This document shows, one piece after another, positions 26,809-36,369 of a stretch of DNA of 64,000 bases. The stretch lies in the IMG/VR virus record IMGVR_UViG_3300030707_000002, one strand, 5' to 3'. Origin of the DNA: an uncultured virus (IMG/VR IMGVR_UViG_3300030707_000002) (lineage: Duplodnaviria > Heunggongvirae > Uroviricota > Caudoviricetes). The notes beneath the pieces are model-generated. The model was not told the DNA's origin. It worked only from the letters and a program-made list of their open reading frames with translations, and ran no database searches. Each line of letters starts with the position of its first letter. Within the stretch, counting starts at the first letter, position 1. The position numbers and the translations under genes are program-made.

Positions 26809-27576
26809 CTATGTGAACGGATCGATCTCTTCATCACCGATCCCGACCGTCGATTGATCTTCTAGCTTCTGTTTTACCGATGCAAAATCGTGCATCATGC
26901 AGTCGCTCTGCTCGATGAGTAAGCACGGTCGGCTAAGTCGCACTGCGGCGACACCTGTACTGCCGCTACCAGCCATTGGATCGAGTACAAGCTCACCTGG
27001 ATTGCTCGACGTCTCGATCATGATCTCGGCGAGACGAGATGGTTTTTCGGCAGGATGGATCTTGCCGCGGAACAGTTCCACTACGTCCGTCCAGACGTTC
27101 GTTCGACGAAGGAACTCGCTCTTGGCCGGGAAGCGAGCGTTGTACCCGGGGTACCCGCGCTTCACGTCGAGCAGCGGAATGTTGAACGTGCGCGGCTTGT
27201 CGCCCTTGACGAGCATGGCGCATTCCTCCCTCGTGAAAAGTAGATTGGAAGCCGTCCCGTACGCGCGCTTCTTCGACCACGTGATGAGGTTGTGGATACG
27301 GAGTGTCGTCTCCCGCTCAACCCGCGTGAGCCAGTCGAAGAAGACGCGCGGCTTGCCAGGCTTGCCGATCCCGCCCCAGACGTACGAAGTGCCACCCTCC
27401 GGGAGCAGTCGCTCGATGAGGACGGCCAGTTCATCGTAGAGACTCCCCTTCCGGTCCCAGTTCACCTTCAGAATGTCGACGTACGGCGGGTCCGCGATGA
27501 TGAGCGGGAACGATCCGTCGGCGAGCGTCTTCGCGTACTCGAAGCAGTTGGCGCGAACGACCGTGGGCAGAATCAT
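26809..27576 (-). CDS. DNA amino-methyltransferase (N6-A/N4-C, beta class)
   Basis: IIADPPY first, then HPAEKP and VLDPMAGSGSTG. Confidence 0.9.
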   Translation of the reverse strand: MILPTVVRANCFEYAKTLADGSFPLIIADPPYVDILKVNWDRKGSLYDELAVLIERLLPEGGTSYVWGGIGKPGKPRVFFDWLTRVERETTLRIHNLITWSKKRAYGTASNLLFTREECAMLVKGDKPRTFNIPLLDVKRGYPGYNARFPAKSEFLRRTNVWTDVVELFRGKIHPAEKPSRLAEIMIETSSNPGELVLDPMAGSGSTGVAAVRLSRPCLLIEQSDCMMHDFASVKQKLEDQSTVGIGDEEIDPFT

Positions 27577-27809
27577 CGCTTCGGCTCCGTGATCACTCGT
27601 ACCACCGCGAGCTGCATCGGCGTCGGCTCCACGATCTTGCTGAGAGCGCACCGAACCAGGCGCGCTGTGGCGATCTGCCGCTGCGCCTCGAAGTCGGGAT
27701 GCTCACGCATCCGGCAGTCGCTCGGGTGGCCGCACGGACAGCCCTTGCGCTCGCTGCCGCCCATGCACGTCAAGCCGCACCAGACGAGGAACTTGGTCGC
27801 GTCGTTCAT
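27573..27809 (-). CDS. small Cys-rich protein
   Basis: GAGGAGG SD, coupled at both ends. Confidence 0.6.
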   Translation of the reverse strand: MNDATKFLVWCGLTCMGGSERKGCPCGHPSDCRMREHPDFEAQRQIATARLVRCALSKIVEPTPMQLAVVRVITEPKR

Positions 27810-28546
27810 GAGAGCGGGTCCTCCTCGTCGAGCGTTGGATCGTTCGGAACGCCTGTGTCGACGGCTACCTCGGCGGCCAGCGTTGGTATTGCCACCGCAC
27901 CGTGTTGGCGCTGATGCGGACATCCGCCGCGCGATTTGGCCCAGTTGCAGTTGTGGCAGAGAGTCTGAAAACCAGGAGGGAAACCGTTCTTCTTTAGCCA
28001 CCGATAAAAAAATGCCGAACTGACGCCTCTTAGTTCGCGTCGATGCTCAGCTCCATCATTGTTGACGTGATCGATCGCTAAAAAAATCTCTTCCTTCTCA
28101 CCGCAACATGCACAAACATTTCCGTAAGCGAGCAGCACCTCTCTTCGTAGTTCTCGATTGAACCTGTTCATTGCGCGACGAGAGTTCTCTCGCACGCGAT
28201 TCACCACCGTGCACTTCTTGCAGTAATGCGTTCCTGTGCGTTCCGGAGGCAGACAATCTCCACACCGAGGACAGGTGCCGTCCCAGAGACCCACCGTGCA
28301 CACGGTCGGATCGTTGTGCTTGCGCCACCGCTTCCAGTGCATGAGGCACCAACCACGGGCGACGGACGTGCGAACGCACCCGTCGATTGAGCAGGTCGCC
28401 TTCGGTGGCAACGGCGCACTCATATCCGAACCTCGACTGGCGCGCTGCCGATGCGCCACACACACGTCGCCAGAGTCAGCGGTCCGAACGCAGCCGTCGA
28501 CCGAGCACGTGGCGTTCTTTGGAGGGTGAGGCATGGCAAAAATCAC
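27806..28546 (-). CDS. HNH endonuclease with two N-terminal Cx4C-CxxH repeats
   Basis: TCS[VI]DGCVRT twice; YG..CACCGE...IDHVNNDG...LCHNCNWAK; start GTG 28546 or ATG 28534. Confidence 0.85.
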   Translation of the reverse strand: MIFAMPHPPKNATCSVDGCVRTADSGDVCVAHRQRASRGSDMSAPLPPKATCSIDGCVRTSVARGWCLMHWKRWRKHNDPTVCTVGLWDGTCPRCGDCLPPERTGTHYCKKCTVVNRVRENSRRAMNRFNRELRREVLLAYGNVCACCGEKEEIFLAIDHVNNDGAEHRRELRGVSSAFFYRWLKKNGFPPGFQTLCHNCNWAKSRGGCPHQRQHGAVAIPTLAAEVAVDTGVPNDPTLDEEDPLS

Positions 28547-29160
28547 GACAGCGGATCCTCGTCGACCACATCTCGAACTGGACCCGCAACTGGACCACCA
28601 CGGTAAGCCGTCACGTGGCAACCTGGGAAAGCATCGACCAGTAATCTTATTACAGCGCATTCCCTGAACGTGATCTCGCTCCGGTCCTTCCTCCCCGTCC
28701 TCGCCGGCACGAGCGTGATCCCTCCGTCGAGGTGGGGAGCCGAGAGCTCGACCTCCACCCCAGCCTGCTCGAGAGCCTCCAGGCTCGACGGGTCGATCTC
28801 CTTGGCCGGTTCGAATGGACGCGGGGGGGCCATCGTCACCGTCCCGTGGGCCGTCCGCAGGCGGGCCGGTGGGCGCGGCGGGGGCGGGTCCTGGGCGGCG
28901 AGCACCAGCGGAGCCGGAGTATCCCCGTCGGGAATGGGGGGGGCTGACTTCGGCTTCCGCCGAACATCCAGGAGCTGGCTCTTCTGCGCCTCGCTCCCGT
29001 TCCGACGGACCCACTCCACGCAGAGCAGCTCGCTCGGGAGCTTGCAGAGTCCCTCCGCCTCCATCTCCCCGGGCGGGATGTAGTAGCGACAGAGCTTGGC
29101 CCCAGGAGAGGCTGGCTCCCACTTCGTGCACTCAATACCGCTCGGCAGGGGGATGGTCAT
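28543..29160 (-). CDS. hypothetical protein: Cys-rich domain, Pro linker, C-terminal domain
   Basis: GAGGT SD; next to the candidate origin. Confidence 0.7.
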   Translation of the reverse strand: MTIPLPSGIECTKWEPASPGAKLCRYYIPPGEMEAEGLCKLPSELLCVEWVRRNGSEAQKSQLLDVRRKPKSAPPIPDGDTPAPLVLAAQDPPPPRPPARLRTAHGTVTMAPPRPFEPAKEIDPSSLEALEQAGVEVELSAPHLDGGITLVPARTGRKDRSEITFRECAVIRLLVDAFPGCHVTAYRGGPVAGPVRDVVDEDPLS

Positions 29161-29180
29161 GGTCACACCTCGGGACCCTC

Positions 29181-29555
29181 TCAAGGGATCAATTTTTGGC
29201 AAGTGGACGTGATTTTGAAGCAACGGATCGCCTGTGGAAAACTCGAATTTATTTTTAGTTACGTATAGTTAGGTACCAAGTGATCGACAGCACGCAAGGG
29301 CACAGACGTTGCCACTATTTTACTGTGTATGAGGATTGGTTTGTGAGTATGGGATCGATTTGTCTTGGATCGTGTCCGGTGGTTCGGTGGATTTCTCTCT
29401 GCGAAAACAACCATAGGAACAGCTACATTTTGTTGATCCCTTGATCACTTGATATGGTTTGACGACGCAACTCGTCGAATAGGATGAGAAAATCAAGGGA
29501 TCGTTGAAGTGATCCCTTATAGGTCCCTTGCTTCGTTGCGCGATCACTTGGGGGT
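29181..29555. repeat. candidate replication origin: AT-rich region with GATC(C/A)CTTG iteron-like repeats
   Basis: About 10 exact or near copies in both orientations; 11-bp inverted repeat 29435-29445/29492-29502; directly downstream of the primase gene. Confidence 0.65.
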
Positions 29556-32500
29556 TCATCCTTCACCGAGCCCTCTCCTCCACGGCGGAAGCGGCGGAGC
29601 CTTCCCCGCCGATTTGCGTTCGCCGCCCCATGTGGCTGGAACTCCAGGCCAATCGAGCTCGAGGCCGACCCGCTCGAACGCTTTCTCCACGTCGATGAGC
29701 CAGCACCGGACGCGTACGGGATGGGAAGTCTCCTCGCCCACATCGTCGGTGGATCCCATCCGGTACGGGAAGCTCGGGTCGACGAGCCAGCCGGTGTCCC
29801 CCTCCTTGGCGTACTCCTCGCGGGCGGCGTTCCGGAGCGCCGTCAAGCCGTTCGTGGGGTCCGGACGGCCTCGCGTCTTCGCTTCCCTCGACAGCGTCAC
29901 GGCGAGGCTGCCAGGGTGCACGACGAGCATCTTCCGGAAGTTCCGGAGGCAGAGCCGGTAGCACTTGTGTTCTGCGAAGTCCCCCTTCTGGGCGTACGGG
30001 CTGACCTCCTCCAGCGCCCGGACGACCAGGCTCTTCGCGGTGATGGAGATGACGTTCCCCCCCTCCTCGGGGATCACCATCTCGGTCGTCGTCTCGAGGA
30101 CCCTCCGGAACACGCTGTCGAGGAGCGGCCGGGGCACCGCGGTGTGGGCGCGCTCGGCCCGGGAGGCGAGCCATTCGTTCCAGCTTCGCACCCGGAAGGC
30201 GAGTTCGATGCAGAGGTCGACTGTCCGTGGGGCCACCCGCAACTTCATCCGGTCGAGCGCCTCGGCGGCGTCCCGCTTCGCGTCGGACCACCACACGCGG
30301 ATGACGGACGGGTCGACCCGCATCCGCCACTGCAGGATGTCGGTCGCGACCCGCCACCGCTCGTCGGTCTCGAGCACCTCGTGCAGTTCCTTGGTCGCCT
30401 TGCGGGTCTCGATCGTGGTGCGGTCGAGCGACACCATGACGAGCCGCTCGCCCATCGCGGCGTCCATGTCTCCGCGTTGCTCGCCGGCGAGCAGCACCGC
30501 GCCGTGCAGTTCGTATCCGCGCACCGACTGGTCGCGGCTGCCGCGCATCTCGGAGGTGCCGGAGAACCCGGTGCGGAGCAGGCGCATGAAATCGTTTCCC
30601 GCCTCATCGACCCGGTACTCGTCGAACGCGGACACGAAGAGGTTCGACCAGGAGAGGTTGCGAATGGTGGCGAAGCGGGTCTCGGCCGGCGTCGCCATCT
30701 CGAACCGGGGACCGAACGGCTGGAAGGTCTTGCTGAGCACCCCTTTCGTCAGCGTTGTCTTCGAACTGCCGGTCGTCCCGAAGACGTTGAGGATGCTCGC
30801 CTTGCCGCCGTTCATTTCGCGGATGTTGGGCAAGAAGTAGCAGCCGACGAACCACGCGCAGAGGATCGTGAGCTTGATCGGATCGTTCAGCGTGAAGATG
30901 AGCGCAAGCAGCCGCTCGATGAGCGGGTCGACCTCGGCGGGATCCTGCTTGCCGTCGACCTTGATCATCGAGCAGAACGGCACCGACCCGGTGTCGGTCG
31001 TGTAGACGATGTCGGGGTTCTCCATGACCCCCTCGGCGTTCCAGGTCTCGCCGGGCAGCACGAGCCGCAGGCCGCCCGCGGTCTGGTGCAGGCCCACGAC
31101 GGGCTCCCCGCGCACGGTGGGGACGGCGAGCCGGGCCGCCCGCTCGCTCACGATCTGGTAGACCGAGTGCACGTTGAAGTCCGAGCCGTTGAACTGCATC
31201 CGCTCGTGCGGGAAGGACGAGACGAAGGCTCGCCGGCTGGTCCACGCGAGCTTCGGCACGACCCAGCGTTCGACGAGCGACGTGTCGGTCTCGATGTGCA
31301 CAGAGACCTCCAAGAGCCGGTCGCCGTTCGAGCCGATGATGATGCGCGAGGGCTGGAGCAGGAACGTCGAGACGGTGATGGGCGACCCGTCCTTGGCGTA
31401 GCCCTGGTAGCAGCGTACCTTGCCGGGCTGGTCGAAGCCGCCGCGCTCGATGACGCGCCCCTCGATGTCGAGAATCTTGTCGTCCTGGATGGCGGCCAGC
31501 GCGGCTGCTTCGGCTTTTGCCGCAATATCGAGCCGCTCGTCGGCTTCCCCCATCGCCTGCTTGATGGCGGTCTTGGTGAACTTGGTGGTGAGATGGTTTT
31601 TGACGAGGTGCGCGATCTCTTCCTTCTCGGCCTTGCTCGACTTCGCCGCCCGAGCGAACTGCACGATCTGGTTGAGCGCTTCCGGAAGTTGGTTGGCCGT
31701 GAGGTCGGTGGGGAGGAACCCGACGAGAGCCGCCGCGACGCTCGGCGCGTTTGCCATGAGCTCCGCGAACGGGTCGTCGTCCTTCCCGGCCCGCTTCCAC
31801 GCGAGCACCCAACTCGCAGGGTCCACCTTCGTCTCGCCGGGCGGGAGCGGGAAGACGAGGAGCCGAACGCGCTTGCCGGCGGCGATCAGGGTCGGCGCCA
31901 TCCGGAGCGCACCCTCGAGCCCGGGTCGGCGGCCGTCCGGCTTGACGTCGGTGTCCGTCGCGAGGACGACTTCCTTGTACTGGGCGGTGGCCTCCAGCAG
32001 CATCGGCACGTCTTCACTGCGGATGCTGGTGGCGACTGGCGCCACGCAGTCGTAGCCGGCCTCCACCATCGCCATGCAGTCGCTCGGCCCCTCGACGATG
32101 ACGAGCCGCGCGAAACCGGTGCGGCTATGGGCGCCGTTGTCGGCGTTGTAGAGGAGATCGTTCTGGACGAACGGACTGACGCTCGGGTGCGACGGTCCAC
32201 CGACGAGCGCCTTCTTGAACTTCGCCTGCTCCCACGGGAAGCGATCGAAGTACGACGGCTGGATCTCCTGCTCGTAGATGATGCGCGCGCACGCGTACCG
32301 GCACTTGCCGCGGAAGAGGTACGGGTAGAGTAGTCGCCCGTCGAAGAGGCACCGGAGCTCGGGGTCCGGATCGTTGGGGATCTGGGATCGCTGTAGGAAC
32401 CACCCGGTCTTGACGAGCTGCTTGCGCGTGTACGGGAACACCCCCTGCTCACGGAGATCCTCGAGCACGTCCGCGAATCCGTGCGGCACGAACCCGAGCA

Positions 32501-33050
32501 TGAACCGCTGCTGCGTCTCCTCGGAGATCCCCCAGCGAGCCTCGATGTACGGGACGAGCTTCGATCGGATCAGCCACGAGTGGCAGAGGTCGACCATCGC
32601 TTGCTGCATGCTGGCGATGAGCTGCCGCTCATCGAGCGTGAGCGTCTTCTCGTACGCCCGGTCCCACTCCTCCTGCGTGAATCCGTCGGGGGGTGGGGAC
32701 TTGCCGCCGCCGCCCTCGCCGTGCTGTTTCTTGTACGCGTCCCACGGCATGCCGGCGCGGTCGCCGCACCACTTCACGGCGCCGACGAAATCGAGCCCCT
32801 CCTTTCGTTCGACGTACGCGTAGAGGTCGAAGCTCTCGCGGGTCGCGAAGTCGAACGCGACGTACTCGCCACCGCCTTCGAAGACGGAGAAGCTCGGGTG
32901 CCGATCCTCGCGGAGCGGCGAACAGCAGAGGATGCTCGATTTGCCGGTCGCTCGAAGCTGTTTGGGGTGACTCTCCTCGACGAGGTCCCGGAGCGAGACC
33001 TTGAGTCGGACCTCGTTCTTGTATTTCTCGAAGAGGGAATCCTGGCTCAT
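29556..33050 (-). CDS. DNA primase (Zn finger + TOPRIM) fused to a P-loop ATPase/helicase domain
   Basis: CCSPLRED.HPSF N-terminus, IVEGPSD and D.D TOPRIM, G..GSSKTT Walker A, AFDEY Walker B. Confidence 0.9.
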   Translation of the reverse strand: MSQDSLFEKYKNEVRLKVSLRDLVEESHPKQLRATGKSSILCCSPLREDRHPSFSVFEGGGEYVAFDFATRESFDLYAYVERKEGLDFVGAVKWCGDRAGMPWDAYKKQHGEGGGGKSPPPDGFTQEEWDRAYEKTLTLDERQLIASMQQAMVDLCHSWLIRSKLVPYIEARWGISEETQQRFMLGFVPHGFADVLEDLREQGVFPYTRKQLVKTGWFLQRSQIPNDPDPELRCLFDGRLLYPYLFRGKCRYACARIIYEQEIQPSYFDRFPWEQAKFKKALVGGPSHPSVSPFVQNDLLYNADNGAHSRTGFARLVIVEGPSDCMAMVEAGYDCVAPVATSIRSEDVPMLLEATAQYKEVVLATDTDVKPDGRRPGLEGALRMAPTLIAAGKRVRLLVFPLPPGETKVDPASWVLAWKRAGKDDDPFAELMANAPSVAAALVGFLPTDLTANQLPEALNQIVQFARAAKSSKAEKEEIAHLVKNHLTTKFTKTAIKQAMGEADERLDIAAKAEAAALAAIQDDKILDIEGRVIERGGFDQPGKVRCYQGYAKDGSPITVSTFLLQPSRIIIGSNGDRLLEVSVHIETDTSLVERWVVPKLAWTSRRAFVSSFPHERMQFNGSDFNVHSVYQIVSERAARLAVPTVRGEPVVGLHQTAGGLRLVLPGETWNAEGVMENPDIVYTTDTGSVPFCSMIKVDGKQDPAEVDPLIERLLALIFTLNDPIKLTILCAWFVGCYFLPNIREMNGGKASILNVFGTTGSSKTTLTKGVLSKTFQPFGPRFEMATPAETRFATIRNLSWSNLFVSAFDEYRVDEAGNDFMRLLRTGFSGTSEMRGSRDQSVRGYELHGAVLLAGEQRGDMDAAMGERLVMVSLDRTTIETRKATKELHEVLETDERWRVATDILQWRMRVDPSVIRVWWSDAKRDAAEALDRMKLRVAPRTVDLCIELAFRVRSWNEWLASRAERAHTAVPRPLLDSVFRRVLETTTEMVIPEEGGNVISITAKSLVVRALEEVSPYAQKGDFAEHKCYRLCLRNFRKMLVVHPGSLAVTLSREAKTRGRPDPTNGLTALRNAAREEYAKEGDTGWLVDPSFPYRMGSTDDVGEETSHPVRVRCWLIDVEKAFERVGLELDWPGVPATWGGERKSAGKAPPLPPWRRGLGEG

Positions 33051-34423
33051 GCGTCGATCCCGATCGATCGGTATGCCCGTCGTCGCTCACCCGCCCGGCG
33101 GGCCAGGGTCTCCACGTGCTTGTCTACGACGTCGAAGAGGATGGGGTCCTTGCCCTCCCACTTGCGGGTCAGTCGACCGACCCGCTGCACGGTCTTGCCG
33201 CGCCCCCGTTCGGGGAAGGCGAGGACGATGCGGGAGAGCCGCTCGATGTTGAGCCCCTCGTCGGCGAGCGATGTCGCGATGACGACGGAGGCGCGACCGG
33301 CGCGCAGATCGTCGAGCGCCCCCTTCCGCTGAGACTTGCCAGTCGTCCCAACGACGACGCGGGCGTCCACACCCATCGCGGCGAGCAGCTTGCCGAGTTT
33401 GCGGCAGTGGTCCTTCCGGTTCGAGAGGAGCAGCACCGTCTCGCCGGCCTGCGCTTCCCACATCACCAGCTCCGTGATGAGCTGATTGCGGTCCTTGTCA
33501 GCGGTGATCGCACGGTGCAGCTTTGTGATGCGGCGCGGGTCCGTCGAGCTCATCTCGAACTCGAATGCGGTGGGCACCTCGACGACGCGCGGCATCATGA
33601 GGAACCCGTCATCGACCAGCTCCTGCACCGTCTTCGTGAGCAGCCTCGAACCGAACGACCAGTCGACCAGCTTGCCGTGGCCGTCCTCGCGATCGGGGGT
33701 GGCTGTGAGGCCGAGACGGAGTCGGGCGGGCAAGTAGCGGATCACGCGCTGGAAGGTGTTCGCTGGGACGTGCTGTGCCTCATCGAGGATGACCAGTCCA
33801 AACCGTTTTCCGAGCTCGGGCCAAGTTTCGAGCAAGGTTGCCAGCGAGAACACGCTTGCGACGACGATGTCCCGCTCAATGTCCTTGTGCTCGTCGTTGA
33901 TGATCCCTGGCTCGATACCGAGTCCCTCCCGAATCTCCTCGACCCACTGATCGAGCAGGTCTCCTGTGTGCACGAGCACGATCGTGGTGCGGCAGAACCG
34001 CGCGATGGCGCCGGTTCCAAGCTTGGTCTTGCCGCCTCCGCATGGCAGCACGACCAGACCCTGGGTTCGGCTCTCCAGCTTGGAGATGCCGCTCGTCTGG
34101 TACGAGCGCGCGTTCGGGATCGAGAGGGGACCGATGGCGGAGCCGTTCGTGCGCCGGTCCTCGAAGTCGACACCGATGTCATCCTCGGCGAGTGCGCCAC
34201 GAACCACATCGATCGCGCCGCGAGGCACCGAGATGGATCCGTCTGGCCACTCGGTCATGCACTCGAACCGCAGCGGCAGACCGGCGGTGCTGAGGTTGAG
34301 CCGGCTGGCTTTCACGTACTCGGGGTGCGGGTACGAGAGCGAGAAGCGGAGCCGTTCGATGCTGCGGATGGGGAGGTCGCGGAGGACGATCTCGGCGGAG
34401 ACCGTGGCGCGGGTGCGATTCAC
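33047..34423 (-). CDS. SF2 DExH-like helicase
   Basis: LPCGGGKT, LDEAQH, GLTATPDR.DG, EGLNI, QRVGRLTR. Confidence 0.92.
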   Translation of the reverse strand: MNRTRATVSAEIVLRDLPIRSIERLRFSLSYPHPEYVKASRLNLSTAGLPLRFECMTEWPDGSISVPRGAIDVVRGALAEDDIGVDFEDRRTNGSAIGPLSIPNARSYQTSGISKLESRTQGLVVLPCGGGKTKLGTGAIARFCRTTIVLVHTGDLLDQWVEEIREGLGIEPGIINDEHKDIERDIVVASVFSLATLLETWPELGKRFGLVILDEAQHVPANTFQRVIRYLPARLRLGLTATPDREDGHGKLVDWSFGSRLLTKTVQELVDDGFLMMPRVVEVPTAFEFEMSSTDPRRITKLHRAITADKDRNQLITELVMWEAQAGETVLLLSNRKDHCRKLGKLLAAMGVDARVVVGTTGKSQRKGALDDLRAGRASVVIATSLADEGLNIERLSRIVLAFPERGRGKTVQRVGRLTRKWEGKDPILFDVVDKHVETLARRAGERRRAYRSIGIDA

Positions 34424-35103
34424 GGAGCGCCGCCACTCGCGAGATACTCGGTCTCGTCCTGATCGACGATGCGCCGGACGTCGTGCCAGTTGACGCCGTA
34501 CCAGCCGTTGCGGGTGAGCAGTCCGTTGGCGGTTGGCTCTTCGCGACAGCCGATCGATTCAGGTGGCAGCTCGTCACCCTCTTGAATCCATCCTTTTCTG
34601 CGCTTCCTCGCGAAGAGCTCCACGTGCGCCTCGGGCCAGAGCTCCAGCGGGTACAGCCGCTCGACGATGCGGTAAAACTCCTCGGGCTTCTCCGAGTGCT
34701 CGGTCGTGCGGGGTGCACGAAACGACGTTCGCTCGCTCTTGCTCGTCGGTTTGATCAGCTTGCCGCGCCGGGCGACGATGCACGTCTCGTGGCTGCCGCG
34801 CACGATGTGGCCCATGCCGATCGCGTCCTTCTCACCGTCTGGCATCGTCTTGTTCCAGACGATCTCGCTCTTGGGAACGAAGTCCCAGGCCCGGACGACT
34901 TGGTACGCCTCCTCGACCATCGAGCTGACGCGCCAGAGAAAGAGCACGGCGTCCTTGTGGATGGGTGGGAGAGGCATACGCATGATCGCACTCAGACTCA
35001 TGCACTTGTAGTGTTTCTTGGCTCCCCGCCCTTTGCCTGGGAGCTGATCGCGATGCGACCAGGGTGGATCGACAATAAGCACGCGAGCTAGCGTCGTCGT
35101 CAT
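34420..35103 (-). CDS. MT-A70-family adenine methyltransferase
   Basis: VDPPW, LFLW, W.K, HSEKP, ELFAR..RKGW. Confidence 0.9.
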   Translation of the reverse strand: MTTTLARVLIVDPPWSHRDQLPGKGRGAKKHYKCMSLSAIMRMPLPPIHKDAVLFLWRVSSMVEEAYQVVRAWDFVPKSEIVWNKTMPDGEKDAIGMGHIVRGSHETCIVARRGKLIKPTSKSERTSFRAPRTTEHSEKPEEFYRIVERLYPLELWPEAHVELFARKRRKGWIQEGDELPPESIGCREEPTANGLLTRNGWYGVNWHDVRRIVDQDETEYLASGGAP

Positions 35104-35171
35104 GTACGCACCAACCTTCTCCGGTGCTCGCGCGATCGGCGACGCAAACCGGGACCAGCACTCTCTCCGCT

Positions 35172-35191
35172 TGTTGACTAGCTAGTCAACA
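35172..35191. promoter_or_regulatory. perfect 20-bp palindrome, candidate operator
   Basis: TGTTGACTAGCTAGTCAACA between divergent replication operons. Confidence 0.7.
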
Positions 35192-35199
35192 GAAAACGG

Positions 35200-35229
35200 T
35201 TGACGAAATCTCTTCGTGCGACCTAGTGT
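35200..35229 (+). promoter_or_regulatory. sigma70-type promoter for the SSB/DinG operon
   Basis: TTGACG-18-TAGTGT. Confidence 0.5.
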
Positions 35230-35299
35230 TCGTCCTCGCGTGAGTAGCCCTGTGCGGGAGGTCCCCGCGAGTGGCTCGGTACGTCAAGGAGAGAGAATC

Positions 35300-36181
35300 A
35301 TGTCAGGGAGCAAAGGTTCCTGGGCAAAGACCCAGGAGGCAATGGAAAATTCGGGATCGAGTACGTTCTTGCGGTTGGAGCACGACGGAGACAGTGCGGT
35401 CGTGGCCTTCTGCGGGTCACCGTTTCACAGGGCCATTTGTTTCAACGAGAAGACCGGTACCTACGAGGCGTGGGACGACGCCGCGAAGGCATCGGGCAGG
35501 AAGAAGTCGGACCGCTACGCGATGAACGCCTTCGTGGTGTCGGTCAAGGGCGTCGAGACCAACGAAATGAAGGTCGTCGACATGAACTTCAAGACGATGC
35601 AGAACGTCATCGCCCTGAAGGACAAGTACACGCTCGGCAAATGCTTGTTCGAGATCAAGCGGCATGGCTCGAAGGGCGACACGAAAACGCAGTACCAGAT
35701 TCTGCCTGACGCAGAGATCAAGCCCGAGCAGCGGACCATCTTCGGCAGCCAGGATCCGAAGGATCCGGACAACTGGATCGAGGGGACGGACAAGCTCATC
35801 GATCTCGAGGAAGCGACCGCCAAGGACAGCAGTGACGCGTCCACGGCGGTCACCGACGACGTCAAGGCGAAGGCGAGCGGCAAGGGTGCTGCGAAGACCA
35901 ACGGCACGACGGCGCCGGCGGCACCCGCGCCTGTACCTACCGCTGCGCCTGTACCGACCGCTGCACCGAGCGGCGACGTGATCTCGAAGGCATCGGCCGC
36001 CGAGATCATCGAGAAGCTGAAGCCGCTCGATCGGGAGAAGGGCATCGGTCCGTTCCTTGCGAAGTTCCCGTACGCGAGGAAGGTGAGCGAGGTGCGGGCC
36101 TCCGACGAGGCGACCGCACGCGCGCTCGCGGTGGAACTGTCGGGCGGCGGCAAGCCGGCGGCGGAAGACCCCTTCGCCTGA
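35300..36181 (+). CDS. putative phage single-stranded DNA-binding protein
   Basis: FLRL..DGD, FEIKRHG.KGD..T.Y.ILP pattern, Pro/Ala linker (APVPTA x2), acidic-aromatic tail EDPFA; AAGGAG SD. Confidence 0.6.
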   Translation: MSGSKGSWAKTQEAMENSGSSTFLRLEHDGDSAVVAFCGSPFHRAICFNEKTGTYEAWDDAAKASGRKKSDRYAMNAFVVSVKGVETNEMKVVDMNFKTMQNVIALKDKYTLGKCLFEIKRHGSKGDTKTQYQILPDAEIKPEQRTIFGSQDPKDPDNWIEGTDKLIDLEEATAKDSSDASTAVTDDVKAKASGKGAAKTNGTTAPAAPAPVPTAAPVPTAAPSGDVISKASAAEIIEKLKPLDREKGIGPFLAKFPYARKVSEVRASDEATARALAVELSGGGKPAAEDPFA

Positions 36182-36188
36182 AGGACGA

Positions 36189-36241
36189 TCCACGCGCAGC
36201 TCGACGGACAGATCGTAGCGTCCGCCGGGCTGCGTGATGGA
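36189..36241 (+). other. GC-rich stem-loop after the SSB stop
   Basis: TCCA-CGCGCAGCTCG-A-CGGAC pairs with GTCCG-C-CGGGCTGCGTG-A-TGGA; no U tract. Confidence 0.5.
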
Positions 36242-36369
36242 CGAGTCGTTCGCGTGTGCGGCCGAGCAGGAGCTCGATCGTGGCGCGAAGCTTCATCCAA
36301 GGAATCTCGAGCTCTCGTCGAGTCGCTGCTCGACGTGTGGGGCTCGTGGGAGAGTCGAGGTCGGCCTAC

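Noticed and set aside
29320..29559. 79-aa ORF after the primase
   Set aside because: AT-rich, atypical codons and made of the iteron-like repeats; more likely non-coding origin DNA, although ATGA coupling means translation is not excluded.
35927..35968. 18-bp tandem repeat in the SSB gene
   Set aside because: Encodes an APVPTA x2 flexible linker; ordinary low-complexity expansion.
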